This document shows, in pieces, positions 37,790 through 48,464 of a DNA stretch of 64,000 nt. The position numbers and the translations under genes are program-made. Positions within the stretch are counted from its first letter, which is position 1; every line of letters begins with the position of its first letter. The stretch is taken from contig OZ076409.1 of the NCBI GenBank assembly GCA_964187785.1, positions 39,992,001 to 40,056,000 of the forward strand, written 5' to 3'. Under the pieces are notes generated by a model. It had not been told where the DNA came from. It searched no databases and saw nothing but the letters and a program-made list of their open reading frames with translations. The DNA comes from Amphiscolops sp. MND2022 (lineage: Eukaryota).

Positions 37790-40717
37790 ATGACTCCACT
37801 GTCAATGTGGGAAAGAAATATTATCGAAGCGGAAAATGGGAAATTCTTCGCTAACTGTCGACTTTTTGACGATATATCCGGAAAAGAAATACCGAATAAG
37901 TTTCGGACGTTCGAGACACTTTTTGGGGAAATGTTGACTGGGACAAATTTAAATTCAAAAGAATTCACTCGAAGAATTGCTGTTAAAGGCCAGAAAACCC
38001 CCCTGTATTTGTAGCAGCAAAATTGGCAAAACTACTTGTACTGCGTGGATTTAAAGACTTCCCTTGGAACTCAGCCAGAAGAGAGTTTGTCAGTTTGTTT
38101 TTCAATAATGATGTCATACCATATCACAATCCTTACATGAAAGACACCCTTGTGACACCTGCAGATGCGACTCCTGAAGATTCGGCCCCTGAAGGTCAAG
38201 TCAGTGACAATTCTCTCTCAAAAGAAAGAAAGCTAGAAATATCAGACGCCAAAAAAGTCAAACATGAACAAACTGATCCAATTAGAACAGATCTGATCAG
38301 AAGTTGGGTTCAACAGTTTCATGAAAAAAATCAAAAGCTCTGCAAATAAGAGAAAAGATCAACGATTCACAAAAAAAGAGGACCCAAACTTAGTCAAAAA
38401 AATTGTAGAAGATCTTTTCGAAAAAAGAGGATCTACTGATGAGTTCAGGCACCATTTATCTCTTGTCACGAAAACGGGTAACACGGAAGATGTTATAAAA
38501 GTTATTCGAACAAGACTTTCAATTGTTGGACTCGGATACAATTTAGTCCCATGCATTCGATTGGTCAAGAAGTCAACATCCGAAATTCAGTCCTACTTTA
38601 CAGCAATGTGTGAGCCAGAAAGAACCTTTTCTGGTTTTCGCTGCAACCTGATAAAATGCGTGGAGACGGTGTCATACTTCTTGTTTGGAACGAAAGAACT
38701 CAATGGCCAACGAGTTGATATCTGGGGAGATGGTTGTGAAATTGGAGGTGTCGAAACAACACGAATTGCATTCCGGATCCTTACTGACAAAATGAAGTGT
38801 CAATCATCCGATGCAGTATTCTGTTTTGCTGCATACAGGGGTAAAGATAGTAGATTCGCAATGGAGCAAAACCTTGGACCAACTATAGCTGGAGTTCAAG
38901 AGTCTGGTTGGCTTTTTATGAAGACCCTGGAACTATCAAAACGCGGAGTTAAATTAACATACAGTGGCGATTCGCCGTTTTTAATGAGATTGGTGCTCGG
39001 AATCACAAATGAATCAGCTAGCACATCGAAAATACCACTCTATATAACAGAACTTGATTACACACCAACAAAATGTCATCATGAAACTGGTCCACGATCT
39101 GATGTTATTATACCCTTCAGAACGGATCTTCCAAAATCTTCCTTGGTCTTCTACGAAAATATACAATCAGTTTGTCCTGATGCCACGCATATGACCACCC
39201 GTTGTGTTGAAAATGACCTCCAAAGAATTGCACAGAAAATTATCAGAGAAAAGCATCCTAATCATGATGTAGCAATTCGCCAGCTTGAAGAAAACTTGAC
39301 AAGAAGAGATGCGAAGAGACCATACTTTCAGTTCAACATATCTCATAGAAGTGGTTCGTGTATCGGTACTGTAGGTGCAGTATCCCTCTCAGGTGGTAGT
39401 GCTCTAGCGGTCATTGCTGATAAAGAGGAGCTTGCAGGTGCAAAAGACGGTAAAATTAGCGATCTTTACCATGGTGTTTGGGGTCCCGAAGCTATCATTG
39501 TTGGCAGTGAAGAAAACGCAAATGTCCCTTGCGTTAACATCCTAAGAAACTGGTTTCCTAAACTTTTCAATAAAGATAACCCCAAGCAAAAAGAGTCCAA
39601 TGACAAATTCATATCTGCTTTTGATGCTTGCGAACTCCTGCGATCGAGTTTAAACCAATGTGTTTTATGTCTGCGAGCAGAAGAATTCAACAGTGAAACG
39701 TTCAAAAAATGGGCTGAAGTTTATTACCAAACCAATATCTTGATAATCGGGCATGCCGGTTTGACACCTTATAAATTGAAAATGCTGATGTTTCCTCAAC
39801 TTGTTGAGAGTGGATATATAAAAAGACCATTTGATCATTTGTGTGAAGGTCTTGAAAAATCGAACCACCAAGCTAATCGTGGCTTTCAGACAAAGACAAT
39901 GCGCGGAGGAGGTAAGATCTATCACAAGGATCCACTATTCCTCGAGTCGTCCTTTTCTTTCTTGAAATTTTTAAGATTCGCAGTTGAAGTTGAAGACAAA
40001 GGGTCGGACGCTGAACCAACTTCTAAGATTATCATGGAACCTGAACAAGACGCAACAACAGAGGTCTACTTTGATGACCATAATATGACTGGAAACAGAA
40101 AGATCTATCAGACAGTTTCGAACAGTACCACAAACAGCGTAATGAGTATAATTCATAGTGCAACAAAAGTGATGGGCATTGACGTTCCGGGACCTGAGTA
40201 CCTTGATATTTGCCGCATAGAACCACCGTTAACAACTATCGCCATTGGATGTCAAGAAAATCCTTTAAGTGGATTAGGATTTTGTCTGCTTGGTCGCTTG
40301 GGTACTTGGAAAAAACATAATCTAACACATGACATGGTGAAACAATTGATCATCAAAATGGGAGGAACTGTTCTAGAAAATGAACAAGCTGACGTGTTGA
40401 TGAGCACCCATTCACAGCTCCCCAATTGTTTTGTTCTCGTCAAGGACGAAAAAGACTTAATCTTAGGTACCGGTTCCACAGAGGAAATTAATGACATGAA
40501 GAAACCAAGGAAAAGAGGGTCATCAGCAACACGGGAGGGTGGAAATGAACCATCACAATATTCCAAAATAGCAAAACGATTCGCAGCTGGGGGTTTCAAA
40601 TTCTTGAATATCGAATTTTTATCTGAAGTTGACGAGAAAAAAACGCTGATTGACCCGGAGCCATACATTCTTCAGCCCGGATCCAAACTTGTTGAAAATC
40701 GTGTCAACGACAAATGA
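37790..40717 (+). CDS. RAG1/Transib-like DDE transposase with C-terminal BRCT-like domain (about 975 aa if two homopolymer frameshifts are corrected)
   Basis: The 798-aa ORF 38321-40717 has DIWGDG (D at about 38729), SGDSPFL..LG (D at about 38969), CPDATH (about 39179-39190) and CEGLEKSNH (E at about 39854). These parallel RAG1 CDG, YDEKL..GL, DALH and SEGNESGN. The BRCT-like part runs PLSGLGFCLLG..VKQLIIKMGGTV...IEFL..IDPEPYIL (about 40262-40672). Upstream ORFs at 37790 and 38023 join by 1-nt changes in C6 (about 38000) and A7 (about 38325). Confidence 0.78.
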
Positions 40718-41009
40718 CCTTTGTTCTTGGACCAATGCAGTGGAAAAACACTGGGTGAAGGTGTATCTGCGATTGTCGCTCTCAAGAGATACCGTGATGG
40801 CACTTTTAAACAACTTTCGTTTTGATTTACTGTTCTCTTCTAATTCATATGTTACCCGAACTTGAAACTATTCAATAAATTCTTCAAAAATAAGTATTTT
40901 CATTAGGTTTATTGTGATGCTCCTACGAAACTAGTTTTACATATCATAGATTGGTGCCAAAAAGCACACAATATTGGGCTCCGTTTCGGCAAACTTTCGT
41001 TTGTCTTGG

Positions 41010-41220
41010 TTTCCACAAATTGAATGCGCATTACCACAAATGTCCTAGTTTCCACGGTTTCAAGTTTGAATTGACTTACTCAAAGAATGCAATGCGGAAA
41101 ACAAGACCATATCTTTAAACACATGGCGTGGAAACCAAATGCAAATCTTAATACATTGCGAACTTTCACTCAAAGGGGTATACACATCATTGCGCGTTAC
41201 CATAAATGTCCTGGTTTCCA
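41010..41220 (+). repeat. 166-bp repeat family (about 1.2 units, intergenic)
   Basis: The same unit as 33094-33560. Confidence 0.88.
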
Positions 41221-43380
41221 TTGAGTTGTTACCTAGCGGAAATTCACTGTTGAGGTATACTCCTGATTTTCTCTCCTATTATTCTTGCATAATCTTGGAA
41301 ATTATTGCATTAGACGTCCAAACGTTTCAAAGCATGTTTTGAATAATTGAGAATTTTTTCAATTCATTTTCCAATTAAATTTCTTGCGCTCGTCACTGAA
41401 CAAAACAGATTGTAAGGTATTTGGCAGTTTTGTCATTTATTTGTATGATACTGAAAATCTAAATCTGAATCTACAGTTTAATCTAAATCTAAAATGTCTA
41501 GTTCAAGGGGGATTGAGCGGATTCCCGTAATGGCAGCAACAAGAGGACATCGTTTTGGGTGCAAAGATGGATCTACCATCTTTGCCGGCAAGAGAGTTCT
41601 TCCCTTGCCTTTAACATGGGTAACCATCATTGCAGGTTTTGACTCGAGTTCTAGTAGATCCGTTGTCGTCATTACTTCCTCGTAGCTTTTTGTGTAGGGG
41701 TCAACAGCGATGGGCACATGCTCTGGAACAGTAAGAGCCTTACTGGGGTCAGTATTCTTCTCGGGATGCTCTCTCAAATAACTGCGGCTGCTGCTTGGTG
41801 GCTCACGCAGTGTCACTGAAGCTCTTTTTTGGCCCAGTACGATGTGAAGTCTTTCAGGACTGAAATCGGGTAGCACCTGTAAAACGTAAAAATCAAACTT
41901 TAAACCTGGAGAGCAAACTTTCAATTGAAAAATCCGAAATATTTTTGGTATAGTTCTTGTTCATTGACTTAGAAGCACAAAATTTCACTCAGTTGTGTTT
42001 TACTTGCATGTATATCAGTCAGACATGAATGTAGAGGATGATCAATTGAAAAAAGCAAGACTTGTTCATAAACATAAGTTTTTGAACTAGAAAATGACCC
42101 TCGATTGGAACCAAAATGGATATGATTGAAAATGGAAAATAGAAGTTTTGTTACCAAACAAAACTGAAGGCTTAACAATCTTACTTCACCGAATTTTTTG
42201 AACTAGAAAATGACCTTCGATTGGAACCAAAATCGAGATGATTGAAAATGGAAAATTGAAGTTTTGTGACCAAACAAGAATGAAGGCTTAACAATCTTAC
42301 TTCACGGGCGGCGTGTTCATTGTATAGTGATTGCACTGTGCTGTACATCGACACCAGGCGTCGACAGAGTCGAGGGCACAGCTTTTCGGCAATACGGTAC
42401 ATCAGAAGTACCAACATCTCTGGAAGATCAGGGAACTTGTCATCGGATCTTCTCGGGAACTCGACGAAGATTGAGTGTCTTATTATGGGCAGGTGCCCGA
42501 ACGCCAGGAAGTTCGTTCCCAACGAAATGGCATTGCCTTTCGTAAGTACAAAGTGGAGGAAATTTGCGGGCATGACTAGAACATCTCCAGCTGTGACATG
42601 CAACCGCAAACATCCCTCTTCCAGCTGGTCGATGTTCCCGAAGAATGTTGGCCTGAAAGTAAAAGTACATCGAAGTTGCTTTTCTAATTTTTTGACATCA
42701 ATAGAAGTAAACTAGAAAAAAGTTTAAATATTTGAAAAGAGACGTTAAATGCTTGCTTGTTGTTTTCCATCACCAAAAAATGTTAGTCAAAAAGTATAAT
42801 TTTTTGTTTTTGAAAATAGAACAGTGTTCTTGAAGACAATAAAGTTGGTGTATTAGTTAAGTTTTGTTACTTACGTAGTGTCGTTCTCAGGATTCGACCA
42901 TCTTTCAAAAATACTGAGGTTTTTCTTCGACGGTTTCACTAAGAAGAAAATCTTCTCTCCAGTTAGAACTGTGTAAAACACAGACGTCGAAGAATAATCC
43001 TGATGCCACGTCGTGTGCGCAGAATCTTGAGTGACCAGGACATAATAGGAAGTAGAACAAGAGTAAGGCTCGGTTCACGACTTCCCGATCTCCCTGTCGG
43101 CCAAATGGTTGATGGAGTTGTCAGCCACCATCTTGGGTACTGTGTATATGGCCTTGGAGAGTGTCCTGACATCGATGACGTTTAGAGGGTAATACCGACT
43201 GCCTGGATGACAGTTGGCCAGCTCCACGAAAAACTCGTCATACGTCATTTCTCGTGTCTGCAAAAAAACATCTATTTAATGATGCTAGGCAAGGTTCTAA
43301 TTCATGTTATCAACAGTATACTTGTCACAGGTAGATCGGACCTGGATTGGTACCAAAACGAACTCGACATAACTGTCCCA

Positions 43381-44020
43381 GTTTCCACGGATTTTCAGTA
43401 TAATTTGACTTGCTCAAAGAAAGCATTGCGGAAAGCAAGACCATATCTTTAAACACATGGCGTGGAAACCACATACAAATCCTAATACATTGCGAACTTT
43501 CACTCAAAGGGGTATACACATTATTGCGCGTTACCATGAATGTCCTAGATTCCACGGTTTTAAGTTTGAATTGACTTACTCAAAGAATGCCATGCGGAAA
43601 ACAAGACCATATCTTTAAACACATGGCGTGGAAACCAAATACAAATCCTAATACATTGCGAACTTTCACTCAAAGGGGTATACACATCATTGCGCGTTAC
43701 CAGGAATGTCCTAGTTTCCACGGTTTTAAGTTTGAATTGACTTAATCAAAGAATGCAATGCGGAAAACAAGACCATATCTTTAAACACATGGCGTGGAAA
43801 CCAAATACAAATCTTAATACATTGCGAACTTTCACTCAAAGGGGTATACACATCATTGCGCGTTACCAGAAATGTCCTAGTTTCCACGGTTTTAAGTTTG
43901 AATTGACTTACTCAAAGAATGCAATGCGGAAAACAAGACCATATCTTTAAACACACGGCGTGGAAACCAGATACAAATCCTAATACATTGCAGAACCTCA
44001 CTTGAAGAGGTATACCCATG
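43381..44020 (+). repeat. 166-bp tandem repeat array (about 3.8 units) in a JmjC intron
   Basis: Units start at about 43381, 43548, 43714 and 43880. Confidence 0.92.
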
Positions 44021-44605
44021 GTTTGTGTTTTGGAACAACTAAATTCGGTTTTACTAAATGCTAAACATGGTTCAAACGAGTAAAAAGTGTTTTTTACCTC
44101 TCCGATTTTGGCTGACTTGACTTCAATTGGAGCATCAGGTTCAGCAAGGTTGACCGGTCGCAGAAGCCGTTTGATCTCCGCGACAAAGCCTTTTTTCGCG
44201 GAGAATTTTGGGATTTTCAGTCCTGTGCAATGCTTGGCTCCATTTCTCCAAATCAAGGGGACACTATGTCGAAGAAGGTGACCAAGGTGTTCGGTTTGAT
44301 TGTCATGGGGACCCTGCCACTCAGCGTAGGAAAATTGACATTCCAGAGGCACGTTTTCGCAAAATGCGAAGTGCTCTTGGGTAACAAATGGGGCCGCTGG
44401 AGTCCCAGAATTGAATGTCAAATCAAGTGGCATCGGTGGTTGGGCAATTTGACATTTGACTGATCTCGCAATGTGGTTCCTTAGGCTGTAGCCGTACCCG
44501 AATGAGGTCCCACACGAAATGCCGAAATGACGGCTTCTTTTTTTCCTCTCGCAGCTTCTGTAATTTCAAAGACAATTTATCAAATGAATGTCCAAAATTT
44601 TTTCT

Positions 44606-44762
44606 CATGAATTTCATTCATGGTATGACCCATGATTGGAACCAAAAATCTTCCAAGATTTCATGAATGCTTTCATAGTATGACCCATGATTGGAACCAA
44701 AAATCTTCCAAAGATTTTATGAATGCTTTCATGGTATGACCCATGATTGGAACCAAAATCCT
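44606..44762 (+). repeat. 3 x ~55-bp tandem repeat in a JmjC intron
   Basis: The unit is ATGAATGCTTTCATGGTATGACCCATGATTGGAACCAAAAATCTTCCAAGATTT. Confidence 0.9.
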
Positions 44763-46539
44763 TCCCGAAAATTTGTGTTTTTAGACCTTCCCTTTCACAT
44801 CAGAAAAACATTGCCCTTCTTTTTCTATTGCATACGGTAATCGGTTCAAGACCGTAAAATATTTCAAAACAAGAAAAAAAATTCTGGAAACAATCTTAAC
44901 ACTAACGGTATTGGTACATCCTGACTTCTTCTCCAGCAGCAATCTTTTCTTGTTGCTTCGTGCAATATTTGGCTCTTCTTTGATGGCGCTCTTTACTTTT
45001 TTTGGTCGTGAAAATCTGACCACATTTCTCGCACGTCAAATTCTGGGCAACTTGTTCCTGCTTGCTGACACTTTTGCATCCGGGAAGATGACGGGTTAAG
45101 TGCCATTTTCTTCCAGCAACGTAGTCGCAATTCGAACACGGGAAACCTAAACATAGCCTTTTGAATTATACGAGATGAAGAAGTCAAATAAAAAACCAAC
45201 CTATACATACAATATACATACCAAAATCAGATTGTTTTCCACGAGTTACAAAAATGATAGGTTCATTTAGATTGCTCGAAACTTTGAAAAATGGTAGACA
45301 TGATATATTGATCCACGTGATGTTTGATTTGTCAAACTATTTATCATTTCAATTTCAATATCAAAAAATGGAGATTGTCGCTTGTCATTTGGAATTGTCA
45401 AAACGAGTACAAGAACGAGTAAATGGAAGTCTTACGTTTTTTAGGTGGCGGAGTTGTATCTCGAAATTCGTCACAGAGTTGTCGTTTTCGGTTTTCTGGC
45501 AAACCAGGGCAAGTGCGGGCATGAACAGCAAGGGCTTCTCGAGTGGGGGCATAATGGTCGCAAGCACCGATTGTGCAGAGATGACCTGAGTAATAAAACA
45601 ACGATGAAAATATATACAAAAAATGTGAATATATTCAAAAATTATTTTTTGAACACCGCTGTTCATACAGCCTCAAAATTTCATTACAAATAAATCCAAA
45701 TAAAGTAAAGAAACGTTCATCAAAACTTCAAACATTTTTCACCTTCGCAGTTGAATTTACCCGTTTCAGAGGTTTGATAGTTTTTGACCTTTTTCACTGA
45801 TAGTCAAGAAAAAGTAACGCAGGAATTAACGACTTACCAAGGAACAGTTCTGATGATGAGTCAGATGAGTCCCTGTGGGATCTAAAGTTCTGCGAAGTGC
45901 TGGGTCCGCTGGGTCCGGGGGCTTGCTCAGAAGTACTTTGCTCAGAAGCAGCTGTTTTCTTCGATTTCGACTGTAACAACTTGAAAATGTGAATAAAAGG
46001 TCCAAAATATCAAGTGCAAATAACATGAAATTTAAATTAGTTCAAATATCGAAGACAAAATTGTTTACGAGAAAGTTTGGATCTTTCCGTCTCATCCCCC
46101 CATCGATTTAAGTCCCCCAGTTATTATTAAATAAAAGTTTTATAAATTACCATTAAAAAAAATTAAAGTATCTCATTAAACATACAATTTTTTGGAAAAG
46201 AATCTGCGTAAAACAATTTGAAAGTTATCAGGACACTGTTTGAAAAACTGCCCTAAACTTTGAACCAGAATCTGCTTCTCAGTTGTAAAATCAATTACAG
46301 TAGGGGGCTTTTATAACGACCCAAAGGGGCAGTTGATTTTAAACTGATAATTTCCTGATAAAATCCAAAAACAGTTTCTTGGAATTTGGGATTAAAATTG
46401 AAACAAGTAGAAGCCAAGACGCAATGAATAGCTAACTTTAATTTCGACGCTCTGAATACTTTTGTTTATTCCAATCTTGGAACCAATCTTTGGAAAAAAT
46501 CCATAAGCAAAATCAATACAAAGACACTTTAGTGAATTC

Positions 46540-46701
46540 CCAAATAACATAAGAGCAAATATCATAAAACGAAATTAGTTTCAAATAACAAAAATGAAAT
46601 GAGTTTGACATTATAAAATAAAATTGTTTACGAGAAAGTTTCATTTTCATGTTATTTGAACCTAATTTTGTTTTTATGCTATTTGCTCTTATGTTATTTG
46701 G
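46540..46701. repeat. Inverted repeat (about 60-bp arms, about 40-bp spacer) in JmjC intron 1
   Basis: CCAAATAACATAAGAGCAAAT... at 46540 pairs with ...ATTTGCTCTTATGTTATTTGG ending at 46701. Confidence 0.85.
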
Positions 46702-48464
46702 TACCTAATCGACAATTTTTCAACCAAAAATTTATTTCCGAAAACAAAAAAATCAACTTACCATTATGATTGGCTTCAGGTTATATCCGTTGATTGGCTG
46801 AGGGTAGTATCGGCTGCTGGATGTCTGCAAAACTTTGAGTTGTTGAGAGAATCAAAGAGAGATTCAATTGGAGATTCTGGCTTGTTAATCAGTTAACAGT
46901 CCGAACGGTGAGAAAACAAGTTTGACAATGAAAACTGCTGGTCAGTTAGCAATCGGTCAGTTGCTGTGATACGCGCCGCTGATACGAGCCGCTGATTAGC
47001 CAATAGGAATCACCCACAGTTGGAACAGTCATCAGTTTGGTACGAGTTGCTGATACGCGCCGCTGATTAGCAAGGAAAATACTCACGATTGTAACAGGAA
47101 TGATTTTGATACGAGCCGCTGATACGCGACGCTGGTGAGCTTTCAAGCGATGACCGATAAGGCAATAACAATCATATCTGTTCTAATATTGTTGACAAGC
47201 AATAAGTTTAAAAGCAAATATAAAGCAGTTTCTCGATGACCGTGTAAATTCGAGAATGTTCTAGAAAATATTTGAAAAAAATATTCGAATACGAAAAATC
47301 TTAATCTTTTGCTGTTTATTCTTCGCCTCGAATCTTGATAAAATTCAGTACGAATTTGGCCTCTAAACCTGAAGCATAATACATCATTGGTTGCTTTCAT
47401 TTTCACGCCCGAAACGATCAATAGAAACCGATAATCTATAGTTAACGATTTCAAATATCGTTCAAATAGATATCATTTTGATTAATTTTGCTCAGATTCG
47501 ACCCATGATTGGAACCAAAATCTCCCCATTTCTCCACTCTAATTATTCAAATAAATTTTTCATTTTCCAGTATAATTTATTTCAGTATAAATGTAGTATT
47601 TCACTCTTGTGTATCACTATAGTATAAAAATATTCCAGTATAGTATAGTGAACATTATAGTTAAGTATAGTACAAGTAACCTGAATCTTTTCAATTGCAT
47701 TCTAATTGACTATTTTAATCAAATTTTTATTTTTATTTATCTAAGCAGCTTTACGATTCGACCCACGATTGGAACCAAAATCCCCCGAATTCCACGAAGA
47801 TTTTAAAATTTCATTGAAATAATTTATTCCAGTTGATATAAATGTATTTCACTTTTGTATATCACTATGTACAATCAGTATAAATATTTTGCACTTTGGT
47901 AAAGTGTTGAAAGAAGTTTTCCTTTTTCGTTTTTTTTTTAAAATTCATTTTCAAATTTCATTTTTTCAAATTCAAATGCAGTCTGTATAATTGTAGTACG
48001 ATAGTATAGTAGTATAGTATAGTATAGATGAAAGGAAGAGAAGCCGACAGTTTTACGGAAAGAGAGACATTGATTAACTTGTTTGTGGAAATTGACTTTG
48101 TATTTACTCTCCGGCTTATTAAATTTGATTTCAGCTAATTAAAATGTGAGTGGAAAGTAAGACGCTGAAATTTGCAGCCATCTGATTGGTTGTAATGCAC
48201 TTTGTGGAATCCAAGACACGAATTTGGCGGCATCTTGTCGGCATTTGTCGGCATATTTTTGGTCCCAGTTTCCGCAAAATGAAACCGGCTAACGTATTAA
48301 CCCATGCCCTCGGATTCCGAAAAACGCCGATTTTCGTGGCGTGGATTCCGCAAAATCAGTGCTAAATTGCCAATTTTGCACGCTTTAAGACATGTCTGCG
48401 TAATCGGAGGGCCTACACGCACAGAAATGTGTCTGTAGCGATTTAGCTTGCAGATGCACAGTAA

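Larger units (their letters stand above)
41478..46764 (-). pseudogene. Multi-zinc-finger + JmjC (KDM2/KDM7-type) demethylase-like gene, 8 or more exons, one in-frame TGA
   Basis: Exons are 46764-46762 (ATG), 45970-45838, 45585-45436, 45146-44907, 44557-44098, 43257-42875, 42652-42301 and 41876-41478, all GT-AG. The phase across 44907/44557 is unresolved. JmjC motifs are HTTWHQDYSSTSVFYTVLTGEKIFFLVKPS..NL.IFERW, FFG and GDVLVMPANFLHFVLT..ISLGTNFL, with HxD..H intact. Fingers are CTIGAC..H...C, CSNC..H...C and CEKC..H......C. The TGA is at 43077-43075. Confidence 0.85.
31470..48463. mobile_element. Putative large RAG1/Transib-like DNA transposon with chromatin-modifier cargo (ends uncertain)
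   Basis: It contains a DDE transposase, SET, Tudor-like and ZnF-JmjC genes. These share a 166-bp repeat and a GACCCNNGATTGGWACCAAAA motif that I saw only in this interval. The right side abuts an abruptly truncated Gypsy RT. Confidence 0.6.
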
